42,785 nucleotides of DNA. It comes from an uncultured Bacteroidales bacterium (lineage in GTDB: Bacteria; Bacteroidota; Bacteroidia; Bacteroidales; TTA-H9). Positions 18,101 through 26,532 of the stretch are shown here, one piece after another. Each line of letters starts with the position of its first letter. Position 1 is the stretch's first letter. Made by a program: the position numbers and the translations under genes. The notes beneath the pieces are model-generated. The model saw only the letters and a program-made list of their open reading frames with translations. It made no database searches and had not been told where the DNA came from. The stretch is taken from contig CALJNV010000124.1 in the NCBI GenBank assembly GCA_937981455.1, forward strand, positions 1 through 42,785. The letters are read 5' to 3'.

Positions 18101-20698
18101 GGCCAAATCGACCTCCAGCGGTTTTTCGCCAGAATAACTCCCCCAATCCGTTAAAGGAGCCAATACACGAAAGCCTGCATATCTTTCATAGGGATACATA
18201 GGTATTTCAACCTGATCGATACTGAATGCTCCCCCTGGCTCAAAGACTTTGGTTGTAAGTATGGCTTTAAGCACTCCCGGCGCATGATATAGGTCAGGTT
18301 TGTAACTAAATGAAACCTTACCCATGGTATCAAGATTGCCCGAAAAAATGACACGTGCCTCAGGCGTAAATGAACTCGACTCATCAAAAAATTGAAACCC
18401 CTTAAATCCATCTGGGGAAAAAGTTCCTTCTTTCAAATTCATCTCGACTACAGCCCGCAAACCTGATGCCGGCGCTCCATGCAACCAGGAAGCCTCCAAA
18501 TGAAAATTGTTCTCTTTTCCAACCTTTAAAATATCAGATGAATTCAAATGAATCTTCAGTCGATTGGGCTCAATGGCCTCAATACTAATATACTTTGTGA
18601 AAATTGCTTGACCTGCCTTCACTTGCACAATCCATTTGCCGGTTGGGGCATTGGGAGAGGTTACCAACTTAAAAGCATGAATGCCACCTATGCCCCGGGT
18701 GCTGAGTTTTTTTGCAACCGTTTGCCTAAAAGGATTCTTTAACTCCAAAATAATAGGATAATCTTCTGGCAATTGATGATACTTATTCTCAAGCATAAAC
18801 CAGAGATGAAGCGTATCACCGGGCCTCCAAACCCCTCTTTCTCCATAAATAAACCCTTTGAGACCTTTTTGCACCGGATCGCCATCCACATCGAAGGCGC
18901 TGAGAGAGAGCTCAGTCCCCTGCGCCATTTTTAAATACGACTTTTCCTTTCCTCTCGAGGCAACAACCAAAAAAGGATCTTCTTTTACCGGTAAAATAAC
19001 CAGCCCATCTTTTCCTGTTTTGCCAGACTCTAATAATAACATCTGATAATCAAATACTTCAACTTTGACGCCGCTCAAGGGTTGACCTGTACGGATGTCG
19101 GCTGCCCAAACCCAAACCTTCCCATCGGCTCCTGTCTTTGCGGTAAGGCTGATATTTGTGACCAAAAATTGTGTATTTATCCAACGCTCGCTGTTGTAAT
19201 AACTCACATGGCAGGGATTGTCCGACTCAGACCATTCGTATCCTCTGGGATAATAATAGTCTACATAATCATCCCTATAATCCCCATAATCATCCCTATA
19301 ATCTCCATATTCTTCCTCATCAACGTCGCTAAACTTTGACCAATCTTCATTTCTGCATGGATATAATGAGTATTGAGGCTTCATGCTGAGCGTGACTCGA
19401 TAAATTGCGCCTGGCTCGGCTTTAATTAGGTCGGTGATATTTACAAAATAGGTCTCCCATTGGGTGGGATCGGCTGTACCACTGGCTTGCAAATTCAACG
19501 TCGTACGCGCCACGACCTTACCCACCTTGCGCAAATTATAGGCATTGCTTAAATTATTATCCTGAAGAAAAAATGGGACATTCTGCTCAAGGACTCGCAT
19601 GACTTTTACATCAACAGCCTTCAGGCCCACAGCGGCAAAAGGAATATTAACGCTTCCATAAGTAGGTAAAATATTCCCACTGTGCAACCACTTCAGTGCA
19701 GGTTTGGGGATAATGCCTTCTATTCGAATTTCTTGATGGTATGAAGCATTGCCGCCCCTTATGTCTTTGATGCCCGGAAAGATTTCAACCCGATTACCCC
19801 CTTTAAAATCCCTGTCGAAGTAGCAAAATAGATGATTCTGGCGTATCATGAAGCGACGGGGAGCTATGCCATCAAGTAAAACCAATCCATGAAGATTTTG
19901 ATTGGGATCGAGGGGCTCGGAGAAGGCAATCCATAAAAAATTTTCTTCGCCAAAAAACATCCGCCATTGCAAGGGCCCTGGAGCTATATTGTCAAACTGT
20001 ACCGCTGTTCCTAATGTCTTAGGGATATAAATGTTGGCCTCCCTTGCGAGAATCTCAACTTTATTATAGGCCTTAAGTCTTCCAAAAGTGTCGCTTGAAA
20101 AATTAAATACCCTGGCACTTGCATCGGCCGTCCAATGCAAATTGCATTTATTATTTTCAACACTCAAATACAATCCTTTTTCAAGGGCTTTAATATCTGC
20201 AGGGTTTGCACTCTTTACCACTCCTGTTGCATAATACTTTGTAACACCCTGGCTATCAAAAGCATGAAGCATCCAGTCGCTCAATTGAAAACCCTGCTCC
20301 ATCACCCTAACCCCCCATTTGAACCGACTTAAGGATTTTGGTACATGGATGAACCGGTCCAGTCGAAGTTCAAAAATGTAAATCTTCCCTTCTTTTAAAG
20401 GCCTTTTAGGTTTGAAAACCAATGTATGGGCATCAACCCATGCAAGATTCCCTTCAACTTTTGGATTCGATGAAATCAAATCATCGGTTTTCCATTGCAC
20501 AAAAAGTGAGCTATCAACAGCAAATGTAAACCTTAGACTAATACTAACATCGGAAGCTACCATCCCTGAGGTATACGATTCAATATAGGGTTCAAAAGCA
20601 GGATCAAAAGCAGGAATCTGGGATTGCTTTGTACAGTTACTCAAACAAAGAACAAGAAAACCGATTAAAGAAATTTTCAGAAATTTTTTCGCAATCAT
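15197..20698 (-). CDS. Bacterial alpha-2-macroglobulin family lipoprotein (YfhM/ECAM-like) with a thioester motif
   Basis: Very large ORF with a lipoprotein-like N-terminus, MIAKKFLKISLIGFLVLCLSNC. The thioester motif GCSEQ (YPYGCSEQTVASLFP) is encoded at 16529-16543. It lies immediately upstream of pbpC, which is the classical pairing. The track start at 20728 is a TTG that overlaps a promoter box, so I use the ATG at 20698. Confidence 0.9.
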   Translation of the reverse strand: MIAKKFLKISLIGFLVLCLSNCTKQSQIPAFDPAFEPYIESYTSGMVASDVSISLRFTFAVDSSLFVQWKTDDLISSNPKVEGNLAWVDAHTLVFKPKRPLKEGKIYIFELRLDRFIHVPKSLSRFKWGVRVMEQGFQLSDWMLHAFDSQGVTKYYATGVVKSANPADIKALEKGLYLSVENNKCNLHWTADASARVFNFSSDTFGRLKAYNKVEILAREANIYIPKTLGTAVQFDNIAPGPLQWRMFFGEENFLWIAFSEPLDPNQNLHGLVLLDGIAPRRFMIRQNHLFCYFDRDFKGGNRVEIFPGIKDIRGGNASYHQEIRIEGIIPKPALKWLHSGNILPTYGSVNIPFAAVGLKAVDVKVMRVLEQNVPFFLQDNNLSNAYNLRKVGKVVARTTLNLQASGTADPTQWETYFVNITDLIKAEPGAIYRVTLSMKPQYSLYPCRNEDWSKFSDVDEEEYGDYRDDYGDYRDDYVDYYYPRGYEWSESDNPCHVSYYNSERWINTQFLVTNISLTAKTGADGKVWVWAADIRTGQPLSGVKVEVFDYQMLLLESGKTGKDGLVILPVKEDPFLVVASRGKEKSYLKMAQGTELSLSAFDVDGDPVQKGLKGFIYGERGVWRPGDTLHLWFMLENKYHQLPEDYPIILELKNPFRQTVAKKLSTRGIGGIHAFKLVTSPNAPTGKWIVQVKAGQAIFTKYISIEAIEPNRLKIHLNSSDILKVGKENNFHLEASWLHGAPASGLRAVVEMNLKEGTFSPDGFKGFQFFDESSSFTPEARVIFSGNLDTMGKVSFSYKPDLYHAPGVLKAILTTKVFEPGGAFSIDQVEIPMYPYERYAGFRVLAPLTDWGSYSGEKPLEVDLALVDKQGNPIREQSSLELSLYRLEWHWWLSQSNTRSAIVENELDDPEVKTFIKLTQGRARYTLPIQDLYGCFLLRVADSLTGHQSSRIIRIGYQWGEQASEARGMIFLKTLKKKVVAGDSASIIIPSISGAQILVSIEAGGKVLDYQWIQSTWIITEFKFTTTPDMAPGVYIYASVVQPWQIYNNDLPLRLYGVTYQEIEYPDAKLEPSINMASEVRAGHKATLSVSEKNGRPMAYTLAIVDEGLLDLTRFATPDPFKAFNAKESLVVKTWDLYSMIVGSFASRMDRIFMVGGDEYRSPHSNLQAQRFKPFVFAKGPFWLKKGETRKHTLDIPEYVGSARVMIVAAGEGAYGSAEKYVTITKPVMVLGSIPRVLGPGEEVKVAATVWRTKSSVKMPIVSLELKGDLKLMGSNEQKVVFNAGQKEKTVFFNIKTGKLSGICNLRFTARWQNETSVWNSDIDLRNPNPVITEVKDYLVKPGQIIRFTQPSIMGSEEKRVLEVSYFPGFNLNRRATELIQYPYGCSEQTVASLFPQLLLKSFVGLDAQEEEKRIQYIRAGIQKLTAMQRPEGGIAFWPGTQTIDQWVTSWVGHFMLEAQKQGFAIPTTFYDAWLNYQRRMAVQWRHQENSSAASVQAYRLFTLALAGKPEMGAMNRLQALSALPQEALLLLAQAYALTGNSEIALELLNRRGAPNGPLNDYDLSLGSVLRNQALQLYVKARLKFDEKENFVLAREIAKKLSGEGYLSTHEIAWAMLALQAYITQEKTHYKPEFVFGFEKKNLIIKPDSPVWYYSFKGGGGKFWLNNKSNGPLYVSLSRTYRPMPGEEMNARSQGLSLEVFYLTSDKKPLDPKHIKQSSDFLVQVKVSNHSGKPLKYGALNLILASGWQILNTRFMQNYDNGEEQNFSWQDIRDDRVYTYFYLGKDESKVFTFKLNASYNGRFFMPAILAEDMYNPSVRALVPGFYTEVVGY
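19265..19306 (-). repeat. In-frame 21-bp tandem duplication inside the alpha-2-macroglobulin gene
   Basis: The two units, 19265-19285 and 19286-19306 (plus strand ataatcatccctataatcccc / ataatcatccctataatctcc), differ at one base. They encode the repeated acidic/tyrosine-rich peptide GDYRDDY GDYRDDY. Confidence 0.85.
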
Positions 20699-20725
20699 GG
20701 CCTGAAATTTAAAAATGCACTTAGC

Positions 20726-20733
20726 CAAATATA
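20726..20733 (-). promoter_or_regulatory. Bacteroidota-type -7 promoter box (TATATTTG) upstream of the alpha-2-macroglobulin gene
   Basis: Perfect TAnnTTTG on the minus strand, 28 nt upstream of the ATG at 20698. It overlaps the TTG that begins the longest ORF. Confidence 0.45.
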
Positions 20734-20911
20734 AACCAAAAGTCAGCTGGAATTTAAGCTATAAAATCTTTTTATTGATAAATAGCTTGAGGGCAGAGAA
20801 TTGCCGTTTGACAGGAAAATTTATGATGCAGGTGCAACCAAAGGAAACATAAAAAGCACTGTATTAATAATAATTTATTGTTTGCCTTGCCCAACCAATA
20901 AAAAACTGTTG

Positions 20912-20919
20912 TAAGTTTG
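20912..20919 (+). promoter_or_regulatory. Bacteroidota-type -7 promoter box (TAAGTTTG) upstream of trkA
   Basis: Perfect TAnnTTTG, 28 nt upstream of the ATG at 20947. It overlaps the TTG (20917) that begins the longest ORF. Confidence 0.45.
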
Positions 20920-20946
20920 CCGGCTCAAATTTTGAACCCCCTGTTT

Positions 20947-21642
20947 ATGAACAGAAAGAAAGTGGCAGTCATAGGAATAGGTCAGTTTGGCGAAGCCATT
21001 GCCAAAAACCTTTCTCATAAAGGAGCCGACGTTTTGGCCATAGACAACGATCCCAAAAAAATAGATCGCATAGCTGAAGATGTTGCTTATGCAGTTGTAT
21101 TAGATGCCACCGATAAGAAAGCACTCTTAAGCCAGAATATTACCGATTTTGATGCCGTGGTGGTAGCCATTGGGGGTAAATTCGAGCAAAGGCTATTGTG
21201 TGCTTCACTCTTACTTGACCTAAAAGTAAAACGTGTTATTACCCGCTACCAGGGTAAAAATCAGAAAATTATTCTGGAAAAGCTAGGTATAACCGAACTA
21301 TGGGCGCCTGAAGACGAAGTAGGAGCAATAGTAGCCGAACGTCTTCTCAACCCAACTGTAATGTCGTATTTGCAATTACCTGATAACTATCGTATTGTTG
21401 AGGTACTTACCCCCAGGGGTGTGGTGGGAAAAAAAATTCAAGAAATTAATCTCCGCGACAATTACAGACTCTCTCTCATCACCATCAAAGAAGAATGCCC
21501 CACAACTCATAATGGAATTACCTGCATGGAATACCATGTTACGGGTGTACCCGACTCGAGCTACATTATAAAGGAAACAGATCGTATGGTACTTTTTGGC
21601 ACAAACAACGATATTGATAGATTTATAGGAATTAATGAATAG
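20947..21642 (+). CDS. trkA: Potassium uptake regulatory subunit, single RCK module (TrkA-N plus TrkA-C; KtrA-like)
   Basis: MNRKKVAVIGIGQFGEAIAKNL carries a GxGxxG Rossmann motif. The C-terminal TrkA-C-like region contains VVGKKIQEINLRDNYRLSLITIK. It is followed by trkH. I chose the ATG at 20947 over the TTG at 20917. Confidence 0.88.
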   Translation: MNRKKVAVIGIGQFGEAIAKNLSHKGADVLAIDNDPKKIDRIAEDVAYAVVLDATDKKALLSQNITDFDAVVVAIGGKFEQRLLCASLLLDLKVKRVITRYQGKNQKIILEKLGITELWAPEDEVGAIVAERLLNPTVMSYLQLPDNYRIVEVLTPRGVVGKKIQEINLRDNYRLSLITIKEECPTTHNGITCMEYHVTGVPDSSYIIKETDRMVLFGTNNDIDRFIGINE

Positions 21643-21682
21643 CCACATCTTTTTTTACTAAAGCAAACGACGATTTCTATCC

Positions 21683-23575
21683 ATGCTATCACGCATCTCC
21701 AAAATCCTCCGCAGGGCACTATCCCAAAGCCTGAACCTTACGGGTTTCAGCAAATATTTCACCCTTCGGGAAATAAACGAAATCAGAGAATCGATCAACT
21801 TGAGGCTGTACGGCCATAAAGAACAACTTTTGTATTATTTACGAATTTTGAGTTTTATGGTCTCAGTCCTAAGTTTGGCTGCAATAATTTATTACCACGG
21901 ATTTATTCAAACACCTAAAAGCCAATGGATTATTCAAAGATTCATCTATTATTCATTGTTGTTTTACGTCATAAAATTTTTCTTGAAAGTTTTTTATGAT
22001 TTTCATCCTCTAACTTTTTTAAAAAATAATTGGTTTGAGGCTCTTTTGGTTTCATTTATTTTACTTCTGGGTTTTTTTACCCTGCTATACGGCAAAGACA
22101 ATGTCTACGACTTTTTTGTACAGCAAGGATTTAAAGATGTACCGCAACTATTTATCATTTTTTTTCAGCTTTATATCTTCATCTTCATTGGTTCAGAACT
22201 TATCAAGGCCAGTCATTACATCGACAGACTACATATAGGCCCTGCAGGGATAATGATTTCTACATTTTTAATTATCATCTTCGGCGGCACCCTGCTTTTA
22301 ATGCTTCCAGAGATGACCCTCACACATTCTATATCTTTCTGGGATGCACTGTTTACAAGCACATCGGCCACCTGTGTTACAGGTCTTACCGTAGTAGACA
22401 CAGCCACTTATTTTACATTTAAAGGACAGTTAGTAATTCTGGTCCTTATTCAATTAGGGGGTATCAATATTTTAGCCTTTGCTTCCTTTTTTGCCAATTT
22501 TTATGGCGGTGGTGCTGGTTTGCGCCAACAATCCCTGCTAAAAGATTTACTATCTGCTAGTGGTCTGTCCGACACCCGGGCGATATTAAAAGAAATTGTA
22601 ATCTATAGTTTTATTATAGAAATCATCGGCACAGTCTTATTATATCTGTGCTGGGCGTCCACTCCTTACGACCCCCAGGTGGCAGGCATAGGGTGGGCAT
22701 CGCTTTTTCACTCGATTTCGGCCTTCAACAATGCAGGTTTTTCCATTTTTCCAGGAGGCCTAATGTACGACGGAATCCGTTTTAATCTTGCCTCACACTG
22801 GATTATTATGATTCTGGTAGTTTTAGGGGGATTGGGATTCAGTGTTATTCAAGATGTTTTTAGTATCAAGGCCATTAAAAAAAGACACAGAAACAAATGG
22901 ATGAAAAAAAAAGTACAGACCCGCATTGTGCTGGCTGTTTCCATTTGGCTCATTGTATTGGGAGCCATTTTAATCTTCCTTATCGAAAAGAATAATACAC
23001 TTTCGAAGCTTACCTGGGCAGAGAAAATCACCATGGCCTTTTTCCAATCAATAACCACTCGCACGGCGGGATTTAATACAGTGGACATTGGCAGTTTAGC
23101 CCTCCCCTCACTGGTTTTGTTTATGTTTTTAATGTATATTGGGGCAAGCCCTGGAGGTACCGGCGGTGGTATCAAAACCACTACCTTCCTGGTACTTATT
23201 AAATCGGCTGTGGCTACTATAAGGGGCAAAAAACACATCGAATCTTTTCAGCATACTATTTCATTTGAAACGGTAGATAAAGCCTACAGTATTTCGTTGT
23301 TCTCTATGATGCTTATATTTTTGGCGGTTTTTCTCATGACGCTTGCTGAACCACATTTCAGCCTATTAAGTATCGTTTTTGAGGTAATCTCGGCCTTTGG
23401 CACTGTAGGATTAAGTATGGGAATCACACCCTTTTTGAGCGAGTTTAGCAAATTAATAATAACCATTACCATGTTTATTGGCCGCATCGGAACGCTAACC
23501 CTTGCCATTGCATTCTTGAAAAAAGCCACTTTCAGCGACTACACCTACCCCAAGGCAGATATTATGATTGGTTAA
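21683..23575 (+). CDS. trkH: TrkH/KtrB family potassium transporter with an ~185-aa N-terminal membrane extension
   Basis: Four pore-loop signatures are visible: TSATCVTGLTV, AFNNAGFS, TRTAGFNTV and FGTVGLSMG. The canonical core appears to begin near residue 185 (LHIGPAGIMISTFLIIIFGGTLLLMLPE). The preceding ~185 aa contain about four additional hydrophobic helices. Confidence 0.88.
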   Translation: MLSRISKILRRALSQSLNLTGFSKYFTLREINEIRESINLRLYGHKEQLLYYLRILSFMVSVLSLAAIIYYHGFIQTPKSQWIIQRFIYYSLLFYVIKFFLKVFYDFHPLTFLKNNWFEALLVSFILLLGFFTLLYGKDNVYDFFVQQGFKDVPQLFIIFFQLYIFIFIGSELIKASHYIDRLHIGPAGIMISTFLIIIFGGTLLLMLPEMTLTHSISFWDALFTSTSATCVTGLTVVDTATYFTFKGQLVILVLIQLGGINILAFASFFANFYGGGAGLRQQSLLKDLLSASGLSDTRAILKEIVIYSFIIEIIGTVLLYLCWASTPYDPQVAGIGWASLFHSISAFNNAGFSIFPGGLMYDGIRFNLASHWIIMILVVLGGLGFSVIQDVFSIKAIKKRHRNKWMKKKVQTRIVLAVSIWLIVLGAILIFLIEKNNTLSKLTWAEKITMAFFQSITTRTAGFNTVDIGSLALPSLVLFMFLMYIGASPGGTGGGIKTTTFLVLIKSAVATIRGKKHIESFQHTISFETVDKAYSISLFSMMLIFLAVFLMTLAEPHFSLLSIVFEVISAFGTVGLSMGITPFLSEFSKLIITITMFIGRIGTLTLAIAFLKKATFSDYTYPKADIMIG

Positions 23576-25382
23576 TCTGTATCCAATCAAGTATTAACCG
23601 AGCGCGAGCCTTGCCCACTGCATTTTCGAGCGCTTCTGGAGTGGCCTCTTTGATTTTTTTTACTGAACCAAATATTTGTAACAATTTCTGAGCAGTGATT
23701 TTGCCTACGCCAGGTATGTTTGTGAGTTCTGTCTTAATCAGATTTTTTTGCCGTTTTTTACGATGATGCGTAATGCCAAAACGGTGGGCCTCATCTCGTA
23801 TCTGTTGGATCAAGCGAAGCGTTTCCGATTTTTTGTCAAGATATAAAGGAAGGGAGTCACCAGGGAAATAAATCTCCTCGAGTCTTTTGGCTATCCCAAC
23901 AATGGTGATTTTTCCACGCAGATCTAATTTTTCAAGGCTTGACAAGGCCGAAGACAATTGCCCTTTGCCTCCATCTATTACAATAAGTTGAGGCAAATCT
24001 TTACCCTCTTCAAGTAATCTATAATAACGACGATAGACAATTTCTTCCATCGAAGCAAAATCATTGGGCCCTTCTACGGTTTTAATATTATAATGCCGGT
24101 ATTCACTTTTCGAGGGTTTTCCATTGCGAAATACAACCATAGCAGCCACCGGATGCGACCCTTGTAAATTGCTGTTATCGAAACACTCGATATGCGTGGG
24201 TAAAACAGGCATACGCAAATCGTACATAACTTGCTTAAGAATACGTCGAGTATGCCTTTCGGGATCGACCAACTCGGCCTGCCGGAGCCTCTCTTGCCTG
24301 AAATATTCAGCATTGCCCTGCGAAAAACTCAGTAATTGTTTTTTATCACCCTTCTGCGGCACAGTAATAGTAACACCCTCCAGCTCGATGCCGGGGTTAA
24401 AAGGAACTATGATCTCTTGGCTATCGCTTTCAAAACGCAGGCGAAGCTCCATAATACCAAAAGCCAACAAATCTTCGTCAGATTCTCCCAATTTTTTACG
24501 AATGTGCAAAGTATGAGATTGCACAACTGCCCCATCAGATACTTTTAAAAAATTAATATATGCGTCTTTTTCGTCGCTAATGATAGTGAAGACATCAGCC
24601 TGAATGCTTGCCTGGCTGATGACAGGTGACTTGCTCTGATAAGCCTGCAACAACTCTATTTTCTCTTTAATCCTCTGGGCTTCTTCAAACTCAAGCTTTT
24701 CGGCATGCTCCATCATTTGCTGCTTAAGTCGCGCCATGATGCCCCCCAGATTACCCCTGATGACTTCCCTGATGGCGCCTACATTTGCATTGTATTCTTC
24801 TTCGCTTTGCAAGCCAATACACGGAGCTTTACAATTACCAATATGGTATTCCAGACAGGGCTTAAACTTTCCTGAACTTATGTTTTTAAGTGTTAAATTT
24901 AAATTGCAAGTTCTTCTAGGATAAAGATGCCTGATAAGATCAAGCAGATTCTTAAGCACTTTACCTGACGCATAAGGCCCGTAATACTTAGAGCCATCCT
25001 TAACGGGATTGCGTGTTGTAAAGATTCGAGGAAAGGGTTCATTTTTAATACAAAGCCAGGGATAAGTTTTATCATCTTTTAGGTTGATATTGTATCGAGG
25101 CTGATGCTCCTTTATTAAATTGTTTTCAAGAAGCAGGGCATCTATTTCGGTTTTAACAACAATTACTTTAATGTCGGCCACCTTGCGGGCCATCACCCAA
25201 ACCTTGGCACTTACACCACTATCTTTACTAAAATAAGATGAAACACGCTTTTTAAGATTGCGTGCCTTGCCTATATAAATAATTTCTCCTTTTTCGTCGT
25301 AAAATTGATATACCCCAGGATTTGTGGGAATAGTTTTTAATAAAGCACCAATTTTTTCCGCAAAAGGATGACCTTCGAGCAT
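23562..25382 (-). CDS. uvrC: Excinuclease ABC subunit C
   Basis: A GIY-YIG region is present (GVYQFYDEKGEIIYIGKARNLKKRVSSY). There is a UVR domain (EFEEAQRIKEKIELL), an endonuclease V-like domain, and a C-terminal HhH region (IPGVGKITAQKLL). 606 aa. Confidence 0.95.
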   Translation of the reverse strand: MLEGHPFAEKIGALLKTIPTNPGVYQFYDEKGEIIYIGKARNLKKRVSSYFSKDSGVSAKVWVMARKVADIKVIVVKTEIDALLLENNLIKEHQPRYNINLKDDKTYPWLCIKNEPFPRIFTTRNPVKDGSKYYGPYASGKVLKNLLDLIRHLYPRRTCNLNLTLKNISSGKFKPCLEYHIGNCKAPCIGLQSEEEYNANVGAIREVIRGNLGGIMARLKQQMMEHAEKLEFEEAQRIKEKIELLQAYQSKSPVISQASIQADVFTIISDEKDAYINFLKVSDGAVVQSHTLHIRKKLGESDEDLLAFGIMELRLRFESDSQEIIVPFNPGIELEGVTITVPQKGDKKQLLSFSQGNAEYFRQERLRQAELVDPERHTRRILKQVMYDLRMPVLPTHIECFDNSNLQGSHPVAAMVVFRNGKPSKSEYRHYNIKTVEGPNDFASMEEIVYRRYYRLLEEGKDLPQLIVIDGGKGQLSSALSSLEKLDLRGKITIVGIAKRLEEIYFPGDSLPLYLDKKSETLRLIQQIRDEAHRFGITHHRKKRQKNLIKTELTNIPGVGKITAQKLLQIFGSVKKIKEATPEALENAVGKARARLILDWIQINQS

Positions 25383-25393
25383 GGATTATCAGA

Positions 25394-26443
25394 TTAACTT
25401 CTCATATGATTCCACCCTTGGGCTTGCAGAGGTATTAGCTTGCGGTCGTTGGTGATAAGGTTTTTTCCTTCTGAGGCTTCGGTAATATGCCCAATGACGC
25501 TGATACCTGGCAAGCCTTGAATTTTTTCATAATCCGATAGGGGAATAGTAAAAAGTAATTCATAATCTTCTCCGCCATTGAGCGCCGCTACAGAAGGGAT
25601 AATCTTAAACTCTTCGCAAAGCAATAAAGTGGCGGGATCAATGGGAATTTTTTCTTCATACACAGCACATCCCGTTCCCGACTGTTGGCAAATGTGAAGC
25701 AATTCGCTGGCCAGTCCATCAGAAATATCTATCATGCTTGAAGGAACAATACCCGCATCGTGAAGCATACGAATGACATCGCGGCGAGCTTCAGGTTTAA
25801 GCTGTCGCTCAAGCACATAATCATTGCCTTCCAATTCGGGTTGAACGGCTGGATTGGATAGAAAGGCTTTTTTCTCGCGTTCAAGCACAAGCAACCCCAT
25901 GTAAGCACCTCCCAAATCGCCTGAAACGCAAATTAAATCATTGGGTTTGGCTCCATTTCTATAAACCACCTTATCTCGTTCGGCCTCACCAATGACTGTG
26001 ATACTGATGAAAAAACCTGTCCGGCTTGAGGTTGTATCACCCCCCACCATGTCCACCCCATATTTATCACACGCGATCTTCAACCCATTGTAAAATTCCT
26101 CCAGCGCCTCCACCGAAAATCGATTCGACACCGAGATGCCTATGATTAATTGCCTGGGCTGACCATTCATAGCATAAATATCAGAAAAATTAACCACTGC
26201 CGCTTTATAACCCAGATGCTTTAAAGGGGTGTAAGCAAGATCGAAATGTACACCTTCATTGAGCAGGTCTTGGGTAACTAAAATAAGTTTGTTGTCATAG
26301 TCAAGCACGGCGGCATCGTCGCCAATACCCTTCAGGGTGCTACTATTATGAATTTCTATGTTTGCAGTTAATCGGTCGATAAGGCCGAATTCGCCCAATT
26401 CACTAAGCTCGGTGCGGCCAGGATTTTGTTCATGAATTCCCAT
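25394..26443 (-). CDS. thiL: Thiamine-monophosphate kinase
   Basis: The AIR-synthase-related fold signature is present: RTELSELGEFGLIDRL...GIGDDAAVL...GVHFDL...GGDTT. The track start at 26458 is a TTG, so I use the ATG at 26443. Confidence 0.88.
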   Translation of the reverse strand: MGIHEQNPGRTELSELGEFGLIDRLTANIEIHNSSTLKGIGDDAAVLDYDNKLILVTQDLLNEGVHFDLAYTPLKHLGYKAAVVNFSDIYAMNGQPRQLIIGISVSNRFSVEALEEFYNGLKIACDKYGVDMVGGDTTSSRTGFFISITVIGEAERDKVVYRNGAKPNDLICVSGDLGGAYMGLLVLEREKKAFLSNPAVQPELEGNDYVLERQLKPEARRDVIRMLHDAGIVPSSMIDISDGLASELLHICQQSGTGCAVYEEKIPIDPATLLLCEEFKIIPSVAALNGGEDYELLFTIPLSDYEKIQGLPGISVIGHITEASEGKNLITNDRKLIPLQAQGWNHMRS

Positions 26444-26532
26444 AAAATTTTTATGCAAAAATAAAATAGCCGCTTCAATTCTACCTTCTATTGATAAGAT
26501 AAACCCAGAAATTGAAGAGCAGATGCTTCTTA

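Noticed and set aside
24074-24924. Sense-offset and antisense ORFs within uvrC (up to 130 aa)
   Set aside because: They are nested in a well-supported uvrC reading frame. The compositions are Cys/Ser/Arg-rich and typical of non-coding frames.
26456-26463. TATTTTTG box upstream of thiL as a separately listed promoter feature
   Set aside because: It is a perfect consensus match, but it lies only 12 nt from the ATG and would imply a nearly leaderless transcript. I kept it as part of the window-wide promoter observation and did not list it as a confident feature.
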